DNA of 63,332 nucleotides, filler included, from Licmophora abbreviata (Eukaryota), in NCBI GenBank assembly GCA_900291995.1. It is 5 parts of 5 records of this genome, joined end to end, with 100 filler letters (N's around TTAATTAATTAA, not from the genome) between each part and the next. Parts side by side here need not be neighbours in the genome. Positions count along the whole stretch, not along the records: positions 1 to 15,696 come from OLMU01002628.1; 4 more parts are not named here. One strand, given 5' to 3'. Both the position numbers and the translations under genes were made by a program. Under the pieces are notes generated by a model that saw only the letters and a list, made by a program, of their open reading frames with translations, was not told where the DNA came from and searched no databases. Positions 1 to 10,155 of this stretch are shown here, in pieces (the first letter of the stretch is position 1; every line of letters starts with the position of its first letter).

Positions 1-174
1 AATCAGTTGGGTATCCCCCTTGCCGAAGGACTTCACGCAGCAACACGGACCAACGAGGCGTACAATTATCTTTTCGCGCTCGTCATCGAAAGAAGTGAGC
101 TGCTTTCCCAATACTGCAGGCAAGGGAATGAACGTCGCGCCGACAAAGAAGAAGTTGATTCTTTAGAGATTTAG
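1..174 (+). CDS. Possible 3' end of a gene entering the window (unknown product)
   Basis: Frame 1 is open from base 1 (NQLGIPLAEGLHAA...EEVDSLEI) to TAG at 172-174; no recognisable motif. Confidence 0.3.
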   Translation, partial: NQLGIPLAEGLHAATRTNEAYNYLFALVIERSELLSQYCRQGNERRADKEEVDSLEI

Positions 175-512
175 CAAGCAATGATCTGCCAGTACAGACA
201 CTGTGGCCTAAAGTCTATGCCCATAGCTGGAGTTGAAGGTCAAAGGGTATTGCAGGCCTGGCACATACGGAACAGCACACCCGTACGGTGCTGGCGTCCA
301 AGTCATCCGACTATCTTTGGTACCCGGTACTGTCGAGGCTTAAAGTAAGTAGACCTAGAGAGTAGTTTTGTCACACGTGAAGGGAATTCCGTATTAAAGC
401 AGTGAGCGTTGCTCCTCGAACTAAACCAAGCCATGCCTGTAGACGGAAATAACAGAGACTAGAATAAGGCCCCCACCCATAACTCCAGTAACTAGTACAG
501 AGAGTGACGATA

Positions 513-2399
513 TTACGGGTTCAAGAGAAACTCAAACAGCTGCTCATCGTTCACCCAGAACTCATCCGACTGCCCGATAGACATGGAACGACTTCTATCT
601 CGCTGTCCCAATGCGCTGCTTCCACCTTCCGCCGTTTCGCCAGCGCCTTGGTACTTTTCATCGCCGTCGTCCATACCTCGCGTCTTGCTATCTTCCAAGT
701 CTGTCGTGCCGCCCTCTTGCACGTCTGCGTTTGGAGCCCACTGATGAGTCTCCGGATTTGCCGACGCGCTCCCCGTGACCTTGTTCAATTCGTGCTGTTT
801 CAGAGCACGCATTTTGTGCTGGATCTCTCGCGAACTCTGCATGTCACGCTTCATCAGGTGACTCTCTTCTAAATTTGTCCTCGTCGACGAGACTGGGTTC
901 ATGAAAGACTGTCCCTGTTGGGATACGACCACATGTTCTTGTCCCGCCATGTTTTCCGTTCGATTTATGGAATCCGGGACATACCCGCTCAGTTGCATCC
1001 CCTCAGGACTCGGCAGAAGGTTCTGAGCAACAGTCGCGCTGCCCAGTGTCACACCCGCCTCTCTCTGTGCCATGAGCTGTTGATGGAGCGAGAAGAAGAG
1101 CCCCATCATATAAGTCATAGACGCGCCGATGGGCGACTGCTTCTCTGCGTCTGTGAGCGTCGGAAGTACCAAAGTCCCGCCTTGGATCGTTGGATCGCTG
1201 GAAGCGCTAGAAGTCGCCTGAGTTGTTGGCGTCGATCCAGTGTCAGCCCCATCTTCCTTTGTAGCACTATACGTGAGATGAGCAGCTACCTCTCCTCCTG
1301 AAAGCGACTGGAGATCTCCGTCTCCTCGGACACGGAGCTTGAGCAACGAAGCCGCGTAAGCACCCATGAAGTCTTTCTTCGACTTGGATCGATGAATCCG
1401 GTACTTTTGAAGATGGCTCTTGATTCTCTCGCTAGATATCTCGTCGTACTTAGGCATCTGGCTAAGAATAGCGGATGGTGAGGAATGCTTGAGGCCGACG
1501 TCGAACACAGCAGAGACAAAATCGCGATGGAGCTCGTCAGGCCATGAGAATCGTTTCGACCAGCGCCCATCCGAGCCGCCCTTCTTTCGTGCTCTCGAGT
1601 TGCTGCCTTCACTACTCGATCTATCATCCTCTGGGTCCATTGAACGTTTTCGAAGAGATCGACCACTCCCGCTGTATGTTGTCTCAGGAGCCTTTTCGGT
1701 GATACCCTGTCGAGCGGTTGATTGACTCAAGATTGCGCCCGCGTCCTGATTTGGCGGGATAAAGTACTGCTGGTTGGAGTAGCCAAATGGTTGGCCTTGT
1801 GTAAGAGGCTGCTGCTGTTGGTACTGTGTCGAATATGGGAGCTGCTGGGTCAAGTGGCCCTGGGCCGATTCCCCGTGGGAAACCGGCGCCTGCGCAGCTG
1901 CGGCATCCATTGTTTGTGGCGTGCTACTCTGTGTCAGACTTTCGTATACTTTCATCAAGTCAGGGGTGACGCTGTTTCCAAGACTCAGTTGTGCCGGATT
2001 TGAAGAGTGTCCAAGAAGCGGATTGTAGGGGGGTGCCTGCAATTGGTTACCGGACCTCCCATGGTCCTGCGGTTGGTGCTGCTGCTGCTGCTGCTGCTCG
2101 TTGCTCATAACGATGGGTTTGAAAATGAGAGGGTTATCAGATTCGCGAGGCTCCAAGTTGTAAGTGCTCGTCCCATTCATGTGCCACGAGAAGTCTGCTG
2201 CTGTTAAAGAAGAAAGCAATTGAAGAAGACAAGGTACATAAGCTTGGGAAGGTGCGCATTGTCGCAATGTAAATGGCGCTCGTTCCGAAGAGTTTAGATT
2301 ATAGAGACGACGGTGACCCCGGCAACCAGTATCGTTTTGGTTCTTGATACGGGATCCACTGCTCCATGCGAGACACACTTTCGCTTGCGTGGTTTCCAT
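513..2399 (-). CDS. SHAQKYF-class (GARP-like) single-Myb transcription factor
   Basis: RFSWPDELHRDFVSAVFDVG...ISSERIKSHLQKYR matches the SHAQKYF Myb motif; Gln-rich N-terminal region and a basic NLS-like patch. True start may be MSNEQQQ at 2108. Confidence 0.85.
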   Translation of the reverse strand: METTQAKVCLAWSSGSRIKNQNDTGCRGHRRLYNLNSSERAPFTLRQCAPSQAYVPCLLQLLSSLTAADFSWHMNGTSTYNLEPRESDNPLIFKPIVMSNEQQQQQQHQPQDHGRSGNQLQAPPYNPLLGHSSNPAQLSLGNSVTPDLMKVYESLTQSSTPQTMDAAAAQAPVSHGESAQGHLTQQLPYSTQYQQQQPLTQGQPFGYSNQQYFIPPNQDAGAILSQSTARQGITEKAPETTYSGSGRSLRKRSMDPEDDRSSSEGSNSRARKKGGSDGRWSKRFSWPDELHRDFVSAVFDVGLKHSSPSAILSQMPKYDEISSERIKSHLQKYRIHRSKSKKDFMGAYAASLLKLRVRGDGDLQSLSGGEVAAHLTYSATKEDGADTGSTPTTQATSSASSDPTIQGGTLVLPTLTDAEKQSPIGASMTYMMGLFFSLHQQLMAQREAGVTLGSATVAQNLLPSPEGMQLSGYVPDSINRTENMAGQEHVVVSQQGQSFMNPVSSTRTNLEESHLMKRDMQSSREIQHKMRALKQHELNKVTGSASANPETHQWAPNADVQEGGTTDLEDSKTRGMDDGDEKYQGAGETAEGGSSALGQRDRSRSMSIGQSDEFWVNDEQLFEFLLNP

Positions 2400-3186
2400 G
2401 ATGTTAATCTTTCAAGACACGAAAGAATTTATTCTTTGAAAGACGTCGGCACGTACCTATCGGAACGCAAAACGATACGGTGCAAGAATCAAGACTCCGC
2501 CCCGCCGGTCACACTAGACTGTCAACTGTCAAACTTAATTTCAACTCGACTATGAATAGCACTTGACTCACAGCGATAACTATTAGCCGCAACGTAACGG
2601 CTATCAAATGCTTCCCTCCACAAGGACAATCAAATTGTTTCTCTCCCTCAAAGGACAACACAACTGGATGACAAACACGCTGCCTTCGAGATTCGCGGCG
2701 AGAGGGATCAGCGAATCTTGCGTTCTGCCTCCAGATTCAAGATGCGATCAAGATTCTTGAGTCGAGTAAGTCGAGTGAGTCGAGTGATTCGACTGTAGTC
2801 GAAGTTGTCGACCTTCTGTAAGCAGGATATACTTTCAAAGATCCATCATTCTGTCCCAATCATAGTGAAAAAAGCCTGTATGAACTGCTCGATGAGAGTG
2901 AGCCATCCACCGAAAACCTATAGTGCGTAGTGACCCACCGACTGAAGTAAAGCTTCTGAACTCTAAATCACAAACAGCAAGGATTGTATCATACGGACCA
3001 AACTTCAAGCAGCAAAATTCCACCCACACGGCCACACGCTCACCTCTCATCATATTCAATGTACGAACACTGCGGCTGCTGTCGTCCGCATACGATTCGA
3101 TCATACTGGTAAAGCATTTACTGGACAGAGACTCCGAACAACCTTGTTGCCCGCAGCCATCGCTGTGGAAGTCAGAGAGCGCAGCA

Positions 3187-4527
3187 ATGAGTCAGAGATC
3201 CCTGGACGTTGCTCCAGTAGAAACTCTGCTGGAGACAGCCGAAGGGATCGTCGAGCATGCTGCTGAAAGATGCGCGCTCTTTGATCCGGACGGAGAGGCA
3301 AGACTACCTCGCTTTGCAAAGGAAGGTACGCGAGAGTCGTAGTAACGTCTCGTGTTGACTGCAGTGTAGTCAATCGAGGAATTCATTCGCGTCCGTCTCT
3401 CTGCGATCATGTCCACTTTCTCTTCAGAAGTAAATCTCGGCCGCATAGTTGGCCGTGGCGGCTTTTCCGTCGTACAAGAAATTACCGGCTTCGTCTTGGA
3501 AGAGGACCGCAGTATACACTCGAACAAACACAAGAAGTCCAGTGGTAGAGGTCGCTCTCTCAGTAGTCTCAGGCGTATGAAGGGCTCCAGTAACAGTTTA
3601 CGAAGTGCTGATACTGTCAGTATGCCGGACCTAGCAACCAGGGAACAGATGGCTAGCAACACTCACTCCGCTACCGGGAGGAAGCCCAGGTTCGTCTGCA
3701 AGACGGTCAACAAGGCTCTTCTCGATGAGAACAAGATTACATACCTCAAGGGAGTCGTTGATTTGGCGCTAGAGGCCAAGTACCTGTCGGCTCTTTCGCA
3801 CCCACATATTCTCGAGCTCCGCGGCATGTCTTCCAGTGGCATGTTCGATTCGCATGGACCCTTTCTCATCCTCGATCGGTTGTCGGAGTCTTTTCCAAAA
3901 GTCTTGAAAAATTGGATGACTCTTGATCGATCCTGCAAGGGTGTCACTGGCGTTTTCGTTGGCGGCAAGAAGAAAGCGGCGACCCTGCTCATTGATCGCC
4001 TTCGCGTAGCCTTTGAGCTCGCAAGCGCTTTGTCCTATCTCCATGGCCTTAAGGTCATTTACCGTGATATCAAACCTGATAATATCGGTTTCGACAGCAC
4101 AGGACGAGTGAGGATATTCGACTTTGGATTGGCAAAGCAGCTACGAGAGGAAGATCGCACGGACGACGGACTTTTCAAGCTTACAGGCTTCACCGGATCG
4201 ATACGCTATATGGCGCCAGAAGTGGGAAGGAAAGAGCCGTATAACGAAAAGGCAGATGTCTACTCGTTTGGTATGCTGCTATGGTACATGATGGCGTTGG
4301 AGCCACCGTATGCCTTTTACACGGATCGCATGTTCATTGATCGCGTCTTTGGACGTGGCGCTCGTCCGGTGACCTTTGACGCATGGCCAGATCAAATCTC
4401 AAACCTCTTGAGAGAATGCTGGAACCACAACTTGAAGAAAAGGCCCACCTTTCGCGAAGTCATGGTATCGTTGCGAGACGTGGTCTCGTCGGTCAATCCT
4501 TCGGCGGCCGAACTCATGGAGCTGTAA
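3187..4527 (+). CDS. Ser/Thr protein kinase (TKL-like), 2 exons: 3187-3325, 3428-4527
   Basis: GRGGFSVV glycine loop, YRDIKPDN, DFGLAK, GSIRYMAPE, ADVYSFG; GT-AG intron 3326-3427 joins MSQRSL...FAKE in frame to EVNLGR. Confidence 0.9.
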
Positions 4528-4949
4528 CCCGAAGGAGTTCTAGTCTCACTCATATTACAGTATCGTACGAACCGGTATTTCATAAGAATCTAAGCTACGA
4601 TGAATGCAATAACAACAACATTTATTATCATGTCGACAAAGCTGCTGATCTAGAGCCAGAGGACTCGAGTTGCTGGAGATTCCGACGAGCTCCGAGCTTC
4701 GCATCATCAACATCACAGCCTAACAGCCTTACACACAAACACACACAAAAACGCGCGCGCGCAAGCTGAAATTTGAGAATTGAAAATTGGTTGAAGACAT
4801 CCTAGTAACAATCACAACAAACAGAGCCTTTCGTCTCGCGCCTCGCGGTGTTGGTGCGTGGGTGTCGCTTTCACCAATACTTTCAAGCTTCAGAGGGTCA
4901 GACGGCTGGGCATGACTGTTCAAGTCACCTCAAGTTATCAATCATCGCA

Positions 4950-7859
4950 ATGCTAAGCAGATTACATACCTCATGTCTGGTGGGGACGCGACTGCTATCG
5001 AGAAGAGTTCCAAGCGGAGCCGCCGTCAGAATTAGGGGCCAACCCTATGTTTTTCGATGGGCTCACTCGCAATTTGAGACAGGGCGGGAAACGCCCGCAT
5101 CCACAAAATCTATAGAAGAACGCTCTACAGACCAGCTGATTCATTCCACGAAGCCGGGGTCTTTGGATTCCCTCGCGTTCTGGAGGGCGGGGAAACTTTT
5201 AGTTGCATATGCTCGGGAAAGGCGAAACCCCGCACGGGCTGAAAGTCTTCTCGGGAGAATGGAGAACGAGGTCGATTGTCACGATGACTACAGTATCAGT
5301 CCCTCTATGTACGGCGTCTGCATTGATGCATGGACGAAAATACGGGATCCTCAAGCTGGCGAGAAAGCAGAGGCACTGCTGGAACGGATGCAAGCTCGAC
5401 ACAATCGAGACCCGAAGCGTTCCCCCGCACCAAACGATGCCATCTACCGCAACACTATGCTGGCGTGGGCTTACAGTTCAGATGTCAACGGACCAGAAAG
5501 GGTGGAGGCGCTACTCAGCCGAATGAAAGAGAAGAGTACCGCTGATCCCACGCTCCGCCCGGATGAATCAGCATACAACCTACTGATTCTGGCACACGCC
5601 AACCGCTCCGGCGATGAGTACGGATCGGCAAAGGCAGCGGAGGATGCCTTGTTTCGTTTATCAGAGCTTCATGTTGAAGGTATTCGTCCCAGTACTCGGA
5701 GCTTCAACATAGTTCTCAAAGCGTGGGCAGCCTCGGGCGACAGGGGAGCGCCGGAACGTGCATTGGAGATTCTTCGGCTCATGATCAAACTCTACAAAGA
5801 GGGCCATGACAACGTTGTTCCCAGCAACGTTACGTTCTCCACCGTCATCCATGCTTTCGCTCTGCAAGGATCAGGGGAGAAGGCAGAGGAAGTGTTGTCG
5901 ATGATTGACAACGTAGGGTTTTCGCCGGAGACGACCTATACGTTCTGCTTCAACGGAGCAATCGATGCATGGGCTAAGAGCGGCGCGCCTGAGGCCGGAA
6001 AACGAGCCGAATCTCTGTTCCAGCAGGGAATCGCTAGTAGAAAGCTAGTACCTGACCACGTAACGTACGAAACGTGCATCGAAGCGCATGCCAGAAGCGA
6101 TCTTCCGGAAGCTCCCGACAACGCAGAATCCTTCCTACGAGAAATGATCAAATCCTGTCGATCTGGAGACACGCGCGTCCGTCCACAAGCCAGCATGTTC
6201 AGAAGAGTCATCTCAGCATGGAGGGGATCTAAACGAGAAGAAGCCGCCGATCGGGGAGAGGCACTATTGCTACTGATGGAGAGTCTAGCCCAGAATACAC
6301 AATTTCAATATCTCAGTCCGCCAGATGTTGCTTCATACGACTTTTGCATTGATGCTTGGTGTCAAAAGCGTACACCGGACAGTGCTCGGCGAGCGCTATC
6401 ACTCCTGGAACGTCTTGAAAACTCAGCGCCAAATGGCACTGCTCAAGGGCCATCCTCGTTTGCCTATCGACGGGTCGCTTGCAATCTTGCGCGATCGAGA
6501 GGGTACGCTGACACTAGAAAAGCATTGAATGTCCTCCAGCGTATGGAAACGAAAGCCCGACTCGGGAGGCTTGATTCTCCATTGGATCATCGACCTTACA
6601 ACAGTGTTCTGTCAGCCCTTGCAAGGACGGGCAAGGCCGATGCGGTATCAGAGGCGGTGAAATTGTTGGCTCGTATGGAACGCATGTACGCAAGCGGAAA
6701 TGACTTGATGGCGCCTGACAGCCTCAGCTACGTTGCCGTTATCAATGCTTTGCGAAGGCTCAACATGCATAAGGCCACTTTAACAGCTGTAGAGATATTC
6801 GATCGAATGCGAGACCTCGAAACGGACCCTTCAAGCTCGGTAAGAATTGACGAACGGTTGTCAAGAGATATCATGGCTACGCTTGCAAAGATGGAAGGCG
6901 CATGGGCCGCAGGGAAGGCGATCGAGATCTTCACCTGGCTCGCGAACCGCTCAGAAGTCAGGGATGTCAATTACGACCCATCATGCTTTGAATCCTGCAT
7001 GGAAGCGGTTTCAAAATGTCGTGACCCGACCATGATCGCCAACGCCCACGAAATGCTCGAACGTCAGATAAGAAGATATGTCGCCGGAGAATCTCCACGT
7101 CTACCTGGTAGGGAAGCTTTTCACTCGCTGATACGTGCATGGTCAGAAATACCAAGCGAACAGTCTGTAGAGAAGGCGTTTGCGGTCTTGGAACGAATGC
7201 AGTACCTCACCAAGCATGGAACGAGGGGTGTGGCCCCGAGCTGCGCCACGTACACGGGTGTCATCGCTGTATTGACGCGACGCATGAGCGCCGAGGCAGC
7301 GCGAAAAGCAGAAGCGCTTGTATTGTCGCTTGAGAGGGACCCCTCAGCCATGCGCCACCAGTCTCGCCCAGATGCCGTTCTCTGGAACTCGGTTCTGCTT
7401 GCTTGGAGTCGAGCTGATTGTGTGGACAAAGCACAACAGGCTAAGAGAGCTCTCGATAGCATGCATGATCGATTTCGTACTGGCGAGAGCAGTGCCCGTC
7501 CTGATATCTACAGCTATAATACAGTTCTGAATGCAGCCGCCTACTCCCGAGGAGACGAAGAAACCAAAGAGGCCGCACTTCGGGTCGCAGAGGAAACTTT
7601 CAACGAGCTCAAAGCATCGCCACACCTAAAAGCGGATATGATTACCTATGGAACTATGCTAAAGATTTACAATAATCAAATGGTGAACACCGAGGAGCGC
7701 AGGATGCGGATCCGTAGCATTGCTGAGAAATGCTCTGCCGAAGGAAAGATGGGTGGATTTGTCCTAAGAGAGCTGAAGAATGCTGAGAGACTCGAGGAAG
7801 TAGCAACGGGTGTCCCGCCAGAGAGCAGGAAATCCGGCTATTTTCAAAAGGATTTTTGA
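4950..7859 (+). CDS. Pentatricopeptide-repeat (PPR-like) protein, probably mitochondrial
   Basis: Many ~35-40 aa helical repeats (PD..SYN.VL.AWA.SG...AE.LL..M); Arg/Ser/Leu-rich N-terminus MLSRLHTSCLVGTRLLSRR resembles a mitochondrial presequence. Confidence 0.85.
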   Translation: MLSRLHTSCLVGTRLLSRRVPSGAAVRIRGQPYVFRWAHSQFETGRETPASTKSIEERSTDQLIHSTKPGSLDSLAFWRAGKLLVAYARERRNPARAESLLGRMENEVDCHDDYSISPSMYGVCIDAWTKIRDPQAGEKAEALLERMQARHNRDPKRSPAPNDAIYRNTMLAWAYSSDVNGPERVEALLSRMKEKSTADPTLRPDESAYNLLILAHANRSGDEYGSAKAAEDALFRLSELHVEGIRPSTRSFNIVLKAWAASGDRGAPERALEILRLMIKLYKEGHDNVVPSNVTFSTVIHAFALQGSGEKAEEVLSMIDNVGFSPETTYTFCFNGAIDAWAKSGAPEAGKRAESLFQQGIASRKLVPDHVTYETCIEAHARSDLPEAPDNAESFLREMIKSCRSGDTRVRPQASMFRRVISAWRGSKREEAADRGEALLLLMESLAQNTQFQYLSPPDVASYDFCIDAWCQKRTPDSARRALSLLERLENSAPNGTAQGPSSFAYRRVACNLARSRGYADTRKALNVLQRMETKARLGRLDSPLDHRPYNSVLSALARTGKADAVSEAVKLLARMERMYASGNDLMAPDSLSYVAVINALRRLNMHKATLTAVEIFDRMRDLETDPSSSVRIDERLSRDIMATLAKMEGAWAAGKAIEIFTWLANRSEVRDVNYDPSCFESCMEAVSKCRDPTMIANAHEMLERQIRRYVAGESPRLPGREAFHSLIRAWSEIPSEQSVEKAFAVLERMQYLTKHGTRGVAPSCATYTGVIAVLTRRMSAEAARKAEALVLSLERDPSAMRHQSRPDAVLWNSVLLAWSRADCVDKAQQAKRALDSMHDRFRTGESSARPDIYSYNTVLNAAAYSRGDEETKEAALRVAEETFNELKASPHLKADMITYGTMLKIYNNQMVNTEERRMRIRSIAEKCSAEGKMGGFVLRELKNAERLEEVATGVPPESRKSGYFQKDF

Positions 7860-7936
7860 GATGTAAACCCTGCAAGAAACGGGGTTGGTATAGAGATGCG
7901 ATTACAAGTTGTGTAAAAAGGCATAATTGGTATGAG

Positions 7937-9628
7937 TTAGACGATCACCGAATCCAAGAGATACAATCGTCGGGATTCGTGGTTGTCTTTTTGCGGGGCA
8001 TCGCCGCCGTCTTTCTGTGGTTCGTCTTCTTCGCACGCGGTAGTGTCGTCGAGTGATTCGGCATGTTCCTCGAGGTAGTCTGGATTGTTCGTAGCACGTG
8101 CAACAAGAAAATGAAATACGTAGCCATAGTTTGTGAGAAAGCCTGTTGCGCCTTGAAATAGTTTCCGCTGTCCTGACGTCAACCACCGAATGACATGCTG
8201 GATACTCGAAACGCCGCCTTTCACATTCCCATATTGGTACATGGCGATCTTCATCGACGTCGCGTAGAATAGCACCGTGGCGGCGGCGCGACCGAGAACT
8301 AAAGCGTTTCCAGGAGTAAACAGCTGGTTATGTCGAAAAAAGCATCGCCGGCGGCGTTCCCGAGACGCATGGGGCGTTACTGCTTCACGCGACAATATTG
8401 GCAACGGAGATATTAGAGGCACGATCTTCTCTTCAACGAATCGCGTCAGCGCCCAAGAAAATTGTTCTGGAAGGCGACGATGGGGAGCGGAGCCGCCACC
8501 GAGAATAAGACAACGATTGAAGGCAAACATATCACCTGTCGCCGCCGGCTCTAATGTCGCCTCTACTCGCGTCGACGGTCGATGAGCCTCGTCCCCATTC
8601 CAGACAACTGTGTAAGGACAATGCAAGTGCCGCCACAAATACGTGTCCAAGGCACCGTTCTTCTGGTTCTTGGTCATGCGCATATCCATCTCCGCGGCGA
8701 TAGCCTTTTTCGCCATTTGCTCTACTGCCGACAAGTCGCCACATAGCACCAGTCCTGCAACACGATCCGGCGCTAGCTGTATCGCGGCTTGAATCGCCAT
8801 GGAAGCCTCGCTATCGCAGCCGACAAGAATGGCGCGATTCCACCGCAGGGCGTCGAGCACAGCTAGAATGAGATTTTTTCCTTCGTCTGGCTTTCCTTGT
8901 TGTCCATATCGCCGCCCGCCATGTTCATCGTCGACAAGTTCACATGCCATTACATTGAACCCACGAGACGCCAGTGCCTCGCCAATTGTCTTCCAGTGTT
9001 CGACGCATGGTCCGATTACGATGAAGGGGATTGAGTCTGCACTGTGCAGCCTGGAACGCGAGCGCCCAAAGTAACGATATATCACAGGAGAATGAGAAGC
9101 CGCTTCCTTCGGTGACCCGTTGGTCTCAGATCCCGTTCCAGCGCTATCGGAAGCGTCATGTCCAGGTGTGCCTCGAGAGGAGTGTCGGTTCCAAATCTGT
9201 TCCGCTTGGCCTGCAAGGTCGACTTTCGCATCTTGAAATTTGGCGTTTGTCTCGCCATGCTGGGCCGACGTCATGACATCTCCGTTATCCACGGAAGGAT
9301 CCCAGGAGTACTCAGGGAGACTCGGCTCTGGCAGGACGGCCTGCTTCTGGTGCGTTGACATGAGTTCTGCCGACTGAGCCTGCCACATCATGTCATCAAT
9401 TGGTCGACAAGATGAGCGAGAGGTCATATGCGTCGTCCGTCTCCAAGAGCGTGACTGTTCACCGCCAGGAAATCTCTGTATCCGTGTCGTGGTGCTCTTT
9501 CGAGCGTTCGAAGACGACGGCCCCTGACCAAACACGCGTCGCCCCTTTGAGCGAGAACTCGGTGTCGCGGCGGCTTGTAGCGATGTCAGAAGCAAGATTG
9601 CTAAGACAGCACCCAGCAGCACTTTCAT
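7937..9628 (-). CDS. Signal-peptide-bearing alpha/beta-hydrolase-fold protein with degenerate catalytic motif
   Basis: MKVLLGAVLAILLLTSLQAAA signal peptide; LASRGFNVMACEL, VLDALRWNRAILVG, LAPDRVAGLVLCG and GSAPHRRLPEQF are hydrolase-fold hallmarks. Confidence 0.65.
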   Translation of the reverse strand: MKVLLGAVLAILLLTSLQAAATPSSRSKGRRVFGQGPSSSNARKSTTTRIQRFPGGEQSRSWRRTTHMTSRSSCRPIDDMMWQAQSAELMSTHQKQAVLPEPSLPEYSWDPSVDNGDVMTSAQHGETNAKFQDAKVDLAGQAEQIWNRHSSRGTPGHDASDSAGTGSETNGSPKEAASHSPVIYRYFGRSRSRLHSADSIPFIVIGPCVEHWKTIGEALASRGFNVMACELVDDEHGGRRYGQQGKPDEGKNLILAVLDALRWNRAILVGCDSEASMAIQAAIQLAPDRVAGLVLCGDLSAVEQMAKKAIAAEMDMRMTKNQKNGALDTYLWRHLHCPYTVVWNGDEAHRPSTRVEATLEPAATGDMFAFNRCLILGGGSAPHRRLPEQFSWALTRFVEEKIVPLISPLPILSREAVTPHASRERRRRCFFRHNQLFTPGNALVLGRAAATVLFYATSMKIAMYQYGNVKGGVSSIQHVIRWLTSGQRKLFQGATGFLTNYGYVFHFLVARATNNPDYLEEHAESLDDTTACEEDEPQKDGGDAPQKDNHESRRLYLLDSVIV

Positions 9629-10155
9629 AGTTACTCTTTGCACATGAAGAGAGAAGAGCATATGGCGCTGGAGGAAGCGAAACGTTTGCCGGTGTCTCTC
9701 TTTACTCGTAGTCTAGTCCAGTACTACGAGTAGTATGCAGTGACTGTACATCACGTCTGTCACATCAACGAAAAGGGCGTCTCATCACACATTCAACATT
9801 GAGCAAACATTGCCATCCACCATTCACCTTGACTCAGTCGACTCAAACTTCCCCCGTACATCCCAGTACATAATCTACAGCGTGTTTGAATTACTGTACT
9901 CAACGAGTACTTCTGACTAGATACCATCTAAAAGAATATGTCAATAAGCGCCGGCCAGGTCCATCATGCACATACAGGCATAGTGAAACATTAAATAAAT
10001 TTGAATACTCAACGGAGCCTACGACAAGAATGTACCAAGGGCTACGCTAGAGTTATGATCTCAACGGATGACTCGACTGACTCGATTTTGAGATTAATGC
10101 TTCCGAATGGAAATGAAGCAAAGATTTGTCGCCGAAATTGAAAATTGCTTGAACC

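Noticed and set aside
273..293. Small hairpin CAGCAC-N9-GTGCTG (and TAGCCG/CGGCTA near 2584)
   Set aside because: Six-base stems arise by chance; no ncRNA or terminal-inverted-repeat context.
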